Assembly: GCA_963422645.2 (NCBI GenBank)
Contig: CAXXVO010000006.1
Coordinates: forward strand, 96,001 to 160,000
Length of the DNA: 64,000 nucleotides
DNA from: Alphaproteobacteria bacterium
GTDB lineage: Bacteria > Pseudomonadota > Alphaproteobacteria > UBA828
Direction: 5' to 3'
This document shows positions 42,432-53,001 of the stretch, one piece after another. How positions within the stretch are numbered: the first letter of the stretch is position 1; the number at the start of each line of letters is the position of its first letter. The position numbers and the translations under genes were made by a program. The notes under the pieces are model-generated. The model did not search any database. It was not told where the DNA came from and was given only the letters and a program-made list of their open reading frames with translations.

Positions 42432-42692
42432 CTACGCGCTCCCCTCCTCCGATGAGTCTGGACTGACACCCGAGGCGCGCTCCCGCGCCGCCGCGAGCGC
42501 TGCCTCCAGCGCCTCCTCGAAGTGGCCGCCCACGATGGGTCCGTTGTACCGGCGGTATTCGCGCACGATCTCCGCCTTCACCTCGGCCCTGATGTCGCGC
42601 ACGAGGTCCAGACGGCTCTCGCAGACATCGCAAACCAGAGCCTCGTCGCCCACCACCGGTGTGCGCCACGCGTGCGGGCTGCATCGCTCCAT
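42432..42692 (-). CDS. Hypothetical protein
   Basis: 86-aa ORF with CxxH and CxxC. Confidence 0.4.
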   Translation of the reverse strand: MERCSPHAWRTPVVGDEALVCDVCESRLDLVRDIRAEVKAEIVREYRRYNGPIVGGHFEEALEAALAAARERASGVSPDSSEEGSA

Positions 42693-42802
42693 CGGACTGC
42701 CCTCGCCGCCTCGTCAGGCCGCTCGCAGCATACGCCCTTCGCCGCCCGCGGCGAACGCTCCGCAGGACGTCGTGGTCAGGGACAATGTTGCGGATGGAGC
42801 CT

Positions 42803-42934
42803 TAGAGCGCGTCCGACTTTGACGGACGCGCGACAGGCCGCGACCGCGGCGCGCCCGCGCAGGCGCCGGCCACAGGCCGGCTGCCGTGAGCGACAAAGAC
42901 TCAGAGTGTTTCCGTATGAAACGGAAACGCTCTA
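42803..42934. repeat. TAGAGCG...CGCTCTA MITE/RIME-like repeat, complete copy
   Basis: Terminal inverted TAGAGCG/CGCTCTA; internal hairpins; second copy at 45937. Confidence 0.75.
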
Positions 42935-44235
42935 ACCCCGATCGGCGCAATCGACGTCGCGAATCTCGTGTTCCGGAAACGCCTTCTTCCAGGCTTCGTC
43001 GAAGGCGGCGCGCTCGCCGCCAGCCTGCGCGTCCACGGCGTACTCGGTGGCGGTCCCCATGTTCGCCCTGGTCATGACGACGTAGCCCAGTTTCTCCACC
43101 TCGGCGACCCGGCGGCTCATGTAACGCTTGTTGCGGAACACGCCGAGAGAAATCCCGTTGATCTGCTCGCCCCGGTCGATGATCCAGAGGTCTTCCATGC
43201 CCTTGTCGCCAAGCGCGCGCACCGTCGCAACTGCCGCCTCGCGGCTCGCAGCCGGCGGCAAATACACCTGATAGTTCTTGATGATCTGCTGCTCTTCGGA
43301 GCGCACAGCCACCGCCTCCGCACCCTGCTTGCGCAGCCACGCAGCCGCCTCGTCGGCGACCTTGCGATCATCGAACCAGCCGGTCTGAATGCAGTTCTCA
43401 CGAGCCGCCAGTGCGACCGCCTCCTCAGGCTCCTCGGGGCTTTCCGGTTCCTCGACGACCTCAGGCTCCTCGGGACTTTCGGGTCCCATGACGACCTCAG
43501 GTTCCTCGACGACCTCAGGCTCCTCGGGGCTTTCCGGTTCCTCGACGACTTCAGGCTCCTCGGGACTTTCGGGTGCCTCGGCACTCTCGGGCTCCTCGAC
43601 GACCTCAGGCTCCACGGGGCTTTCTGCTTCCTCGACGACCTTGGGCTCCTCCGGCACAGCGGCCAGAGCTTCGATTTCTGTTTCCTCCTCTGCCGGCTCG
43701 GCCGTAGGAGGCTCGGCAGGCGCCGCCTCGGGCTGTGACGCGGCGTCGGTCTCTCCGCTCTCGACCGCCGTGCTTTCTGTTCGCTGCGAAGCTCATGGGC
43801 GCGCTGGTAGGCCCGTTCAGCGAGCTTCATGTAGACATCACCGAGATTGGCGTAGATGACCGAATCGGGCCTCAGCTCCAGCGCGGCGATCAGCGCCTTG
43901 CGCGCGTCGTCGAGCCGGCCGAGCTTGGCGTAGAGCACGGCGAGGTTGTTGTGCGCCTCGAACATCGTGGGATGGTCGTTGCGAAGGCCCTCGAAGATGG
44001 TAACTGCCTCGACGAGGTTTCCTTCCCGGGCGTGCAGCACGCCCTGCAGCAGTCGCACGCCGGGCGCGTCGGGATTGCGCGCGAGCATGTCCTCGATCGC
44101 CTTGCGCGCTTCCGCGTGGCGTTCCTGCGCAACCAGGGAGAGAGCGTCGTCGACGGGATCGTCGGCGAGCGCGCCGGTACACACCATCGGCCCCAGCACG
44201 CCGCATGCGATCGCCGCCCGCCTGAGCCATGTCAT
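42932..44235 (-). pseudogene. TPR + acidic repeat linker + SPOR-like domain protein, frameshifted near 43780
   Basis: TPR frame (AHNNLAVLYAKLG) switches to the PEVVEEPESPEE/GISLGVF frame. Confidence 0.6.
43420..43650 (-). repeat. Coding tandem repeat (18/36-bp units; PEVVEEPESPEE)
   Basis: Repeated CTCGACGACCTCAGGCTCCTCGGG. Confidence 0.8.
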
Positions 44236-44369
44236 GGCTGGCACTTTTGGCCGGGCAAGTGCCGTGCTATCCACGACCGCGACCCTTTTGATTTCCGTGA
44301 GGGTTCACCATAGGTGGCAGCCGCACCGCAGTCCATCGTATCGCCGACGCTCGTGCCGATGAGCCACTC

Positions 44370-45914
44370 ATGACCGAGCAGATCCTGATTCTCGACTTCG
44401 GCTCCCAGGTGACCCAGCTCATCGCCCGCCGGGTGCGCGAGGCCGGGGTCTACTGCGAGATCCGGCCCTTCACGACTCCCGCCGCCGAGATCGAGCGCCT
44501 GGCGCCGCAAGGCGTCATCCTCTCCGGTGGCCCGGCATCGGTCACCGAGGCGGAAGCGCCGTGCCCCGACGAGGCGATCTACGCGCTCGGCATCCCGCTT
44601 CTCGGCATCTGCTACGGCCAGCAGACGATGTGCGCCGCGCTGGGCGGCGCCGTGGAATCCACGTCACAGCGCGAGTTCGGCCGGGCGCACCTCGACATCG
44701 TCGAGCCCTGCGCGCTCTTCGACGGGGTCTGGCAGGTGGGCGCGCGCGAGCAGGTCTGGATGAGCCACGGCGACGCGGTGGCGGCGCTGCCGCAAGGCTT
44801 TCGGGTGGTGGCCCGCACCGAGTCAGCCCCCTTCGCCGCCATCGCCGACGACGAGCGTCACTTCTACGGCATTCAGTTCCATCCCGAAGTGATGCACACG
44901 CCCCACGGCGCGGCGCTCCTGCAGAGCTTTGCGCGCCGGATCGCGGGCTGCCACGGCACCTGGACCATGGCCTCGTTCCGCGCCAGCGCCATCGAGGCGG
45001 TCCGGGCGCAGGTGGGTGACGGAGGGGTGATTTGCGGGCTCTCCGGCGGCGTCGATTCCTCGGTGGTGGCGGTGCTCCTGCACGAGGCGATCGGAGACCA
45101 GCTCACCTGCGTGTTCGTCGACACCGGCCTGATGCGCCAGGGCGAGGCCGCTGAGGTCACGGGCCTCTTTCGCGGCAGTTACAACATCCCCCTCGTCCAC
45201 GAGGATGCGCAGGCCGTGTTCCTTGAACGGCTCGCCGGCGTCACCGAGCCCGAGGAGAAGCGCAAGATCATCGGCGCCACCTTCATCGACGTGTTCGACG
45301 AGGCCGCGCGCAGTGCCGGCGACGCCGACTTCCTGGCCCAGGGAACGCTCTACCCGGACGTGATCGAATCGGTCTCCGTCAGCGGGCCGAGCGTCGTCAT
45401 CAAGTCGCACCACAACGTCGGCGGCCTGCCCGAGCGGATGAACCTCAGTCTGGTCGAGCCGCTGCGCATGCTCTTCAAGGACGAGGTGCGCGCCCTCGGC
45501 CGCGCCCTCGGGATGCCGGAGGCGCTGACCGGGCGCCACCCCTTCCCCGGCCCCGGCCTCGCGATCCGCATTCCGGGCGAGGTGACGGCCGAGAAGGTCG
45601 CGGTCCTGCAGCAGGCCGACGCCATCTTCATCGAGGAAATCCGGAGCGCCGGCCTCTACGACGCCATCTGGCAGGCCTTCGCGGTCCTGCTGCCGGTCCA
45701 GACGGTGGGCGTGATGGGCGACGCGCGCACCTACGAGCATGTCTGCGCGCTCCGCGCCGTCACGTCGGCAGACGGCATGACCGCCGACTTCTACCACTTC
45801 GACATGAGCTTCCTGGGCGGTGCCGCGAACCGCATCGTCAACGAAGTGAAGGGCATCAACCGCGTGGTCTACGACGTGACCTCCAAACCGCCGGGAACGA
45901 TCGAATGGGAGTGA
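44370..45914 (+). CDS. guaA: GMP synthase (glutamine-hydrolysing)
   Basis: [35 protein letters not shown]. Confidence 0.97.
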   Translation: MTEQILILDFGSQVTQLIARRVREAGVYCEIRPFTTPAAEIERLAPQGVILSGGPASVTEAEAPCPDEAIYALGIPLLGICYGQQTMCAALGGAVESTSQREFGRAHLDIVEPCALFDGVWQVGAREQVWMSHGDAVAALPQGFRVVARTESAPFAAIADDERHFYGIQFHPEVMHTPHGAALLQSFARRIAGCHGTWTMASFRASAIEAVRAQVGDGGVICGLSGGVDSSVVAVLLHEAIGDQLTCVFVDTGLMRQGEAAEVTGLFRGSYNIPLVHEDAQAVFLERLAGVTEPEEKRKIIGATFIDVFDEAARSAGDADFLAQGTLYPDVIESVSVSGPSVVIKSHHNVGGLPERMNLSLVEPLRMLFKDEVRALGRALGMPEALTGRHPFPGPGLAIRIPGEVTAEKVAVLQQADAIFIEEIRSAGLYDAIWQAFAVLLPVQTVGVMGDARTYEHVCALRAVTSADGMTADFYHFDMSFLGGAANRIVNEVKGINRVVYDVTSKPPGTIEWE

Positions 45915-45936
45915 ACGCACGGACGCGCCGGCGCAC

Positions 45937-46069
45937 TAGAGCGCGTCCGTCTTTGACGGACGCGCGACAGGCCGCGACCGCGGCCCGCCGCTTATGCGGC
46001 GCGCCCGCGCAGGCGCCGGCCGCCGGCCGGCTGCCGTGAGCGACAAAGATTCAGAGCGTTTCCGTGTGA
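45937..46069. repeat. TAGAGCG repeat, second copy, right end truncated
   Basis: Similar to 42803-42920, then diverges into an A-rich tract. Confidence 0.7.
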
Positions 46070-46080
46070 GAAAAAAAGAG

Positions 46081-47968
46081 GTAACTGCCCAGGTTCTTGC
46101 TGTGAAAATTCTCTGGGATTCGGCACAACGCTACCCACGCGACGCCCGTGTGCTCCTCTGTGGTCGCCGGGTTTCACAGCTCACGATGCCCCTCTTGCGG
46201 ACTGCGACCGGTAAGCTACCCCGATGTGGCCCGAAGTCCGCCCGCGCGACGGGCACCGATTTTCATTCTATGGGGTGGTCCAGCACGGCGTCGACCATGA
46301 TCGTTTATGAGAATGGCTCCGCTGTTGGAGAACCCGTGCCAGGTGAGCTTACGCGCACTTGACGGTGGCGATGAGCCGATCCGATGGGCTGGTCAGGGCT
46401 TCGATGATATTCCAGCCCTGCTTTCTGGCGGTGGTGATGACGCTGCGCAGGATGGCGAAGTTCTCGGCCCCCTGCGCGGACCGGAAGCCCCCGGAGATCT
46501 TCTGGCGCAGCTTCATCATCCGAAGGTCGCGCTCGGCCTCGTTGTTCGTGAACCCGACCTCGAGGTCGATCAGGAACCGGAGCACCGCGCATTTGTGGTC
46601 GCGCAGCCTCAAGGCCAGATTGTGACCGATCCTTCGCTTCCGGCGCTTCTTCCTCTTGCCAGGCGAGAACGGTGGTTGGCTCTCGTGAAAGGCCAGCGCA
46701 TCGGCGATGATCTCGTCGTATCGGCGCTCGATCAGCGCCACAAGCCTCGCCGGAACGGCGATATCCTTGTCCAGCGCGATGCGGGCGGCGCGATTGGCTC
46801 GGCGCAGGAGCTGCTGCATCCGCCGGGCCCAAGCCTCCCCTTCGATGTCCACCAGCGCCTGCAACTCCCGCAGGTGATGGGCGTTGCACAGGCCGTGCTC
46901 CACCCCTTCCATCGCGAAGTACGGCTTCCAGTGATCGTGCACGACGATGCCGGAGACACCCGAGAGCAGGGCGCCGCGCTTGCCGCTGACCCGGTACGCC
47001 GCCAGCAGCGGCGTGCAGATCACATGAAGCCACTGCGTCTGACCGCCGATCCGCAAGCCGGTCTCGTCCATGTGTTTCACCCGCGCCGTGCCCGCCGCCA
47101 GGTCCTGTATGTGCAAGGCCGCGTCCCGCAGCCGCTCGGCCGCCCTCTCGCTCATCGTCGCCAACGTCGCAGCCGTCACCGGCGCGCCGAAGAGCTCGGC
47201 CATCACCTGCGACAGCCGATCCTCCGGCAGGAAGTGAGCGTGCTGAAGGTAGACCGCCACCCCGGCAATGCGCGGGCCGTACTGCACCGGCGCCGACACC
47301 CCGTCGGGGAACGCCGCCCGGGTCACCGTCCCGCAATGCCCGCAGCACTTGGCATGCGCCCGGTGCTCGGTCACCTCCAGGGGGCTCGGCTCGGGCAGAT
47401 CGAACACCTGGCGGGCGACGGGCGTTCCCGCCCTGGCCGCGTCCGAAAGCGGCGAACCGCATCCCTTGCAGGAAGCCGGGACGTGATCCTTCACCCGATC
47501 CGGGTGATCGGCGCGGCGCAGCGTCTTGCCCTTGTGGCCGGGCTGGCCACCGGGCTTGCGGCCCGATTTGCCGCGCAGGCTTCGGGTTCGCCGCTTCGAA
47601 TTCGGCTTCCTCAGCCCATCGCTCGAAGGCGGCTTGCCGCTGTTGCCGCTGTTGAGGCCGAGACGGCGCTCCAACTCCTCGATGCGCTCGACGAGACGCG
47701 CGACTTGCTCTTCCAGCCGCGCGTTCTGCTGCCGAAGCCAGGCATTTTCCTCCCGAAGCCGGGCGTTCTCCTCCTCCAGGCGGGCGATCTTCTGCGCGGG
47801 CGTTTCGGGCGCTGCTCCCGTCGAAGGGCCGCGCGGCGACTCGGGATTGCTCATGTCGTTGTTGAGTCATTTCCCGAAATTCCCGTCAAGCCCTTTCCAC
47901 CAACTCCGAACGAGAAACGCCTCAATCCACTGGCCCAAAATGACAAATCAGACGACCTGGGCAGTTAC
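46081..47968 (-). mobile_element. IS66 family element, copy A
   Basis: GTAACTGCCCAGG IRs; TSD AAAAAGAG at 46073-46080 and 47969-47976. Confidence 0.93.
46349..47854 (-). CDS. IS66 transposase
   Basis: HMDETG, CNAHHLREL, NNEAERDLR. Confidence 0.93.
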   Translation of the reverse strand: MSNPESPRGPSTGAAPETPAQKIARLEEENARLREENAWLRQQNARLEEQVARLVERIEELERRLGLNSGNSGKPPSSDGLRKPNSKRRTRSLRGKSGRKPGGQPGHKGKTLRRADHPDRVKDHVPASCKGCGSPLSDAARAGTPVARQVFDLPEPSPLEVTEHRAHAKCCGHCGTVTRAAFPDGVSAPVQYGPRIAGVAVYLQHAHFLPEDRLSQVMAELFGAPVTAATLATMSERAAERLRDAALHIQDLAAGTARVKHMDETGLRIGGQTQWLHVICTPLLAAYRVSGKRGALLSGVSGIVVHDHWKPYFAMEGVEHGLCNAHHLRELQALVDIEGEAWARRMQQLLRRANRAARIALDKDIAVPARLVALIERRYDEIIADALAFHESQPPFSPGKRKKRRKRRIGHNLALRLRDHKCAVLRFLIDLEVGFTNNEAERDLRMMKLRQKISGGFRSAQGAENFAILRSVITTARKQGWNIIEALTSPSDRLIATVKCA

Positions 47969-48269
47969 AAAAAGAGATAGAAGATGGTGGTTAGGTAGGT
48001 GATTGGGATATGCGATGGTAGTCCATTTAATGGTTTTATATCAGGGGGATAATTAGTAGTCAACTATGGAATTGAGAATTGAGTGAGCTATGGTATGAAG
48101 GGTGAGTGTTGTTGTGATAGTGACATTTGGGTGTTGAGTGGTAAGAGAAAAGGCGTTGTAGGATGGGGGTTGTGGGATGAAATCTAATAAGAGATATGAG
48201 GACAATATGGTTGTGACGGTTTGGCCATGGTAGATATAGGGTGTCTTCCATAGGGGCGCGGGCAGGCTG

Positions 48270-48602
48270 GTGGCGGCGAGACAAAAGGGCGAAAAGCGGA
48301 AGCAACGCTGGGTCGGTGCAACGGATGCCGAATGGACTGAAATCAGCGAAGGCGCGCAAGCGGCAGGATTGTCAAACTCCGACTACGTCATCCGGTGCTG
48401 CCTCGATGGCAAGGCGCGTGCCGACCCGACCGACGTAGGTCTGCCCCCGCCGGTGCTGCGCCGCGCGGTGGAGGCCGTATTGATTCTCGAGGAACTGCAA
48501 AGGCAACGTCTCGTGAACGATGGCGAGACGGGCGAGCTGATTTGGCAGAAGTCGATTGCCAAGGTGGAGGCCTGGATGAAGGGCGAGGGCGGTCTGGGGT
48601 GA
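48270..48602 (+). CDS. Ribbon-helix-helix/MobC-like protein 1
   Basis: VGATDAEWTEISEGAQAAGLSNSDYVIRC resembles the MobC/RHH pattern. Confidence 0.55.
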   Translation: MAARQKGEKRKQRWVGATDAEWTEISEGAQAAGLSNSDYVIRCCLDGKARADPTDVGLPPPVLRRAVEAVLILEELQRQRLVNDGETGELIWQKSIAKVEAWMKGEGGLG

Positions 48603-48615
48603 AACGGAAGAGGCC

Positions 48616-48942
48616 GTGATCCTCGCGAAGAAGCGCTGCATCTACTGCTCGCCAGAGAGCCGGGAGAAGATATGGCGGCGGGCCAAGAAGGCGAAGATGC
48701 GGTTTTCGCCCTTTGTCATTCTGTGCTGCCGCCAGGCGGCGAGCGCGAACCCTCCTCCGGCACCGCCCGGTCATCCGCTGGTGCTTTCCGAGGACGCACA
48801 GCGTGGTCTTTACGAGGGAAGCCGCCTCCTCGCCCGGTCGACGAAAGTCGTTATCGATGCGCAGGAAGGTGGGAAGGTGACTCTGGCGCTGCATGAAGCG
48901 ATGCGCATTCTGCTGCTCTGCGAAGAAGAACGGGGGTCATGA
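48616..48942 (+). CDS. RHH-like protein 2
   Basis: IYCSPESREKIWRRAKKAKMRFSPFVILC; LVLSED motif similar to paralogue 3. Confidence 0.5.
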   Translation: MILAKKRCIYCSPESREKIWRRAKKAKMRFSPFVILCCRQAASANPPPAPPGHPLVLSEDAQRGLYEGSRLLARSTKVVIDAQEGGKVTLALHEAMRILLLCEEERGS

Positions 48943-49100
48943 CAAAGCCGCGCGTCCGAAAGAAGCGAACGGAACAGACGATTTCCGTAACTGCCCAGGT
49001 CGTCTGATTTGTCATTTTGGGCCAGTGGATTGAGGCGTTTCTCGTTCGGAGTTGGTGGAAAGGGCTTGACGGGAATTTCGGGAAATGACTCAACAACGAC

Positions 49101-50606
49101 ATGAGCAATCCCGAGTCGCCGCGCGGCCCTTCGACGGGAGCAGCGCCCGAAACGCCCGCGCAGAAGATCGCCCGCCTGGAGGAGGAGAACGCCCGGCTTC
49201 GGGAGGAAAATGCCTGGCTTCGGCAGCAGAACGCGCGGCTGGAAGAGCAAGTCGCGCGTCTCGTCGAGCGCATCGAGGAGTTGGAGCGCCGTCTCGGCCT
49301 CAACAGCGGCAACAGCGGCAAGCCGCCTTCGAGCGATGGGCTGAGGAAGCCGAATTCGAAGCGGCGAACCCGAAGCCTGCGCGGCAAATCGGGCCGCAAG
49401 CCCGGTGGCCAGCCCGGCCACAAGGGCAAGACGCTGCGCCGCGCCGATCACCCGGATCGGGTGAAGGATCACGTCCCGGCTTCCTGCAAGGGATGCGGTT
49501 CGCCGCTTTCGGACGCGGCCAGGGCGGGAACGCCCGTCGCCCGCCAGGTGTTCGATCTGCCCGAGCCGAGCCCCCTGGAGGTGACCGAGCACCGGGCGCA
49601 TGCCAAGTGCTGCGGGCATTGCGGGACGGTGACCCGGGCGGCGTTCCCCGACGGGGTGTCGGCGCCGGTGCAGTACGGCCCGCGCATTGCCGGGGTGGCG
49701 GTCTACCTTCAGCACGCTCACTTCCTGCCGGAGGATCGGCTGTCGCAGGTGATGGCCGAGCTCTTCGGCGCGCCGGTGACGGCTGCGACGTTGGCGACGA
49801 TGAGCGAGAGGGCGGCCGAGCGGCTGCGGGACGCGGCCTTGCACATACAGGACCTGGCGGCGGGCACGGCGCGGGTGAAACACATGGACGAGACCGGCTT
49901 GCGGATCGGCGGTCAGACGCAGTGGCTTCATGTGATCTGCACGCCGCTGCTGGCGGCGTACCGGGTCAGCGGCAAGCGCGGCGCCCTGCTCTCGGGTGTC
50001 TCCGGCATCGTCGTGCACGATCACTGGAAGCCGTACTTCGCGATGGAAGGGGTGGAGCACGGCCTGTGCAACGCCCATCACCTGCGGGAGTTGCAGGCGC
50101 TGGTGGACATCGAAGGGGAGGCTTGGGCCCGGCGGATGCAGCAGCTCCTGCGCCGAGCCAATCGCGCCGCCCGCATCGCGCTGGACAAGGATATCGCCGT
50201 TCCGGCGAGGCTTGTGGCGCTGATCGAGCGCCGATACGACGAGATCATCGCCGATGCGCTGGCCTTTCACGAGAGCCAACCACCGTTCTCGCCTGGCAAG
50301 AGGAAGAAGCGCCGGAAGCGAAGGATCGGTCACAATCCGGCCTTGAGGCTGCGCGACCACAAATGCGCGGTGCTCCGGTTCCTGATCGACCTCGAGGTCG
50401 GGTTCACGAACAACGAGGCCGAGCGCGACCTTCGGATGATGAAGCTGCGCCAGAAGATCTCCGGGGGCTTCCGGTCCGCGCAGGGGGCCGAGAACTTCGC
50501 CATCCTGCGCAGCGTCATCACCACCGCCAGAAAGCAGGGCTGGAATATCATCGAAGCCCTGACCAGCCCATCGGATCGGCTCATCGCCACCGTCAAGTGC
50601 GCGTAA
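49101..50606 (+). CDS. IS66 transposase
   Basis: Nearly identical to copy A (GHNL changed to GHNP). Confidence 0.93.
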   Translation: MSNPESPRGPSTGAAPETPAQKIARLEEENARLREENAWLRQQNARLEEQVARLVERIEELERRLGLNSGNSGKPPSSDGLRKPNSKRRTRSLRGKSGRKPGGQPGHKGKTLRRADHPDRVKDHVPASCKGCGSPLSDAARAGTPVARQVFDLPEPSPLEVTEHRAHAKCCGHCGTVTRAAFPDGVSAPVQYGPRIAGVAVYLQHAHFLPEDRLSQVMAELFGAPVTAATLATMSERAAERLRDAALHIQDLAAGTARVKHMDETGLRIGGQTQWLHVICTPLLAAYRVSGKRGALLSGVSGIVVHDHWKPYFAMEGVEHGLCNAHHLRELQALVDIEGEAWARRMQQLLRRANRAARIALDKDIAVPARLVALIERRYDEIIADALAFHESQPPFSPGKRKKRRKRRIGHNPALRLRDHKCAVLRFLIDLEVGFTNNEAERDLRMMKLRQKISGGFRSAQGAENFAILRSVITTARKQGWNIIEALTSPSDRLIATVKCA

Positions 50607-50846
50607 GCTCACCTGGCACGGGTTCTCCAACAGCGGAGCCATTCTCATAAACGATCATGGTCGACGCCGTGCTGGACCACCCCATAGAATGAAAATCGGT
50701 GCCCGTCGCGCGGGCGGACTTCGGGCCACATCGGGGTAGCTTACCGGTCGCAGTCCGCAAGAGGGGCATCGTGAGCTGTGTGAGGTGGCCCCGGAAAATC
50801 GGACAGGTGTCTAAGGTGTATTCCACCGTCTGACGGAGGAATACAG

Positions 50847-51131
50847 ATGAGCAGCAAGCGACGCAGATTTTCAGGGCAGCTGAAGGCGAAGGTAGCGCTT
50901 GAGGCGCTTCAGGGTGATCGGACACTTCAGGAGATTGCCTCGAAATACCAGGTTCACCCGAACCAGGTGGGCGCCTGGAAGCGCCAGGCGATCAAGGGGC
51001 TGGGCGAGGTGTTCTCGAAGGGCGCCGAGGGTCGGGTCCGGGACCATGAGAGCGAGGTCCGCGATCTTCACGCCAAGATCGGGGAGCTGATCGTGGAGCG
51101 GGATTTTTTGTCGCGCGGGTCCGGTCGATGA
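50847..51131 (+). CDS. IS3 OrfA
   Basis: KRRRFS..KAKVALEAL HTH; GATTTTTTG candidate slippery site near its end. Confidence 0.88.
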   Translation: MSSKRRRFSGQLKAKVALEALQGDRTLQEIASKYQVHPNQVGAWKRQAIKGLGEVFSKGAEGRVRDHESEVRDLHAKIGELIVERDFLSRGSGR

Positions 51132-52063
51132 GCCGGCCGGAGCGCCGCGCGATGGTGGAGCGCGATCACCCGGCGCTGAGCCTGAGCCGGCAATGCCGCC
51201 TGCTGTCGATCGGGCGCTCCTCGCTCTACTACGCAGCGAAGGGCGAGAGCGCGGAGACCCTGGCGCTGATGCGTCGGATCGACGAGCTGTTCCTGAAGTA
51301 TCCGTTTTATGGCGCCCGCCAGATGGTCCGGCACCTGCGCCGCGAGGGCGTGCGGATTGGGCGCGGCCGGGCCGCTCGCCTGATGCGCCTGATGGGGCTT
51401 GAGGCGATCTATCGGGCACCGCGGACCAGCGCGCCGCATCCCGAGCACCGGGTCTACCCTTATCTGCTGCGGGGTCTGGCGATCGAGCGGGCGAACCATG
51501 TCTGGTGCGCCGACATCACCTACATCCCGGTGCGGCGCGGCTTCCTTTACCTGGTGGCGATCATGGACTGGGCGAGCCGGTACGTGCTGGCCTGGCGGCT
51601 GTCGAACACGCTGGACGCGGGCTTCTGCACGGACGCGCTCGACGAGGCCCTGGCTCGGCATGGCGCGCCGGAGATCTTCAACACCGATCAGGGCAGCCAG
51701 TTCACCAGCTTCGTCTTCACCGGCCGCTTGCAGGCGGCCGGCATCCGGATCTCGATGGACGGCCGGGGCCGGTGCATGGACAACATCTTCATCGAGCGGC
51801 TGTGGCGCTCGCTCAAATACGAGGCGGTCTACCTGCACGACATCGCCGACGGTTTCCAGGCCCGGCGCCTGATCCGTGATTGGATCGGCTTTTACAACGC
51901 CGAGAGGCCTCACTCGGCGCTGGGAGGGAGAACCCCGGCCGAGGCATACCGCGGCGAGACGCCTGTGGATATGATGGACAAGCCGCTACGCGCCTTGACC
52001 ACATCTCCACAGGCGCAACAGCAGCAACAGGAAGATCGATTCAAGAGGATCATGGCGGCCTGA
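51128..52063 (+). CDS. IS3 OrfB (DDE transposase core)
   Basis: WCADITY, NTDQGSQF, DNIFIERLWRSLKYE. Confidence 0.92.
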   Translation: MSRPERRAMVERDHPALSLSRQCRLLSIGRSSLYYAAKGESAETLALMRRIDELFLKYPFYGARQMVRHLRREGVRIGRGRAARLMRLMGLEAIYRAPRTSAPHPEHRVYPYLLRGLAIERANHVWCADITYIPVRRGFLYLVAIMDWASRYVLAWRLSNTLDAGFCTDALDEALARHGAPEIFNTDQGSQFTSFVFTGRLQAAGIRISMDGRGRCMDNIFIERLWRSLKYEAVYLHDIADGFQARRLIRDWIGFYNAERPHSALGGRTPAEAYRGETPVDMMDKPLRALTTSPQAQQQQQEDRFKRIMAA

Positions 52064-53001
52064 GAAACAACCGGAATACACCTTACCTTGGCCGCTAAGC
52101 TGTCCGAATAGGCGAGGCCACCTCAGTGAAACCCGGCGACCACAGAGGAGCACACGGGCGTCGCGTGGGTAGCGTTGTGCCGAATCCCAGAGAATTTTCA
52201 CAGCAAGAACCTGGGCAGTTACCGATTTCCGCGACCGACGAGGAATGGGACGACGTCCACTCAGGCGCAAAGAAGGCCGGAATGACAGCGTCGGCCTGGG
52301 CCGTCCATTGCGCGCTCACGGTAGACCCCTTGCCGCGGAAGCATCGCCGGCTGGTCCTCGACGAGAAAGAGCAGAGGTCCATCCCGAGGGCCGTGGGCGA
52401 GCATGCCCGGAGCCTGATTGCGGACATCGACGCGCCTTCGCAGTTCGCGGACGACCTCGGCGCACTGCTGAAGGCGCGGCTCGAGACGATGGTCCGGGAA
52501 GGCCGGGGCAGCGAAGCCGAGGCGATCCTTCGACAAGTGCTCGGCGACGAGCGGGCGGCAGCCATCGCTGCCGCTCTCTCGGCGAACGCACCGGCGGAGA
52601 CCGCATCGGCGCAGAAACCGCGAAAGAAGGCGTCCCGCCGAAAGAAGGCGCCCTGCAACCCGGATCAGATCGAGCTGTTGTGATCGCTGTGAGGTCGATC
52701 GGGCGAACGCGTGCAACGGCGCGGAGAGAGGACTATCGGGTCAACCCGAGGATGCCTCTGCTCTCGTCCGGATCGGGCTCGGAATACGGGGGACGCCTCG
52801 GGTGATGACCCTTGACCGACGGGGCGAAGGCCGGGGCCGAGGCGGGCCGGCCGGCCAACGAAGGGCCGGAGCGCTCGCCGCGCTGCATCGAACGCGCCCG
52901 GGCCAGGCGCTGGAACGGCGTCCTGCCCGCCACCACGGTGGGCGGCAACGTCACGCCGCTCTTGTCGCTCAAGTGAAGCGGGGGGCGTCGGAGGGACGAT
53001 C

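Larger units (their letters stand above)
50781..52125 (+). mobile_element. IS3-family element
   Basis: Ends TGAGGTGGCC...GGCCACCTCA; 3-bp TSD GTG; lies in the 3' non-coding part of IS66 copy B. Confidence 0.92.
48987..52222 (+). mobile_element. IS66 family element, copy B, with nested IS3
   Basis: GTAACTGCCCAGG IRs; TSD CGATTTCC at 48979-48986 and 52223-52230. Confidence 0.93.
48939..52683 (+). pseudogene. RHH-like protein 3, interrupted by IS66 copy B
   Basis: MTKPRVRKKRTEQTIS|ATDEEWDDVHSGAKKAGMTASAW is rejoined when the IS and one TSD copy are removed. Confidence 0.65.

Noticed and set aside
43420-43650. 36-bp repeats as CRISPR
   Set aside because: They are in-frame Pro/Glu linker repeats without spacers.
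46081-52222. IS66 copies A and B as a composite transposon
   Set aside because: Each copy has its own distinct 8-bp TSD, indicating independent insertions.
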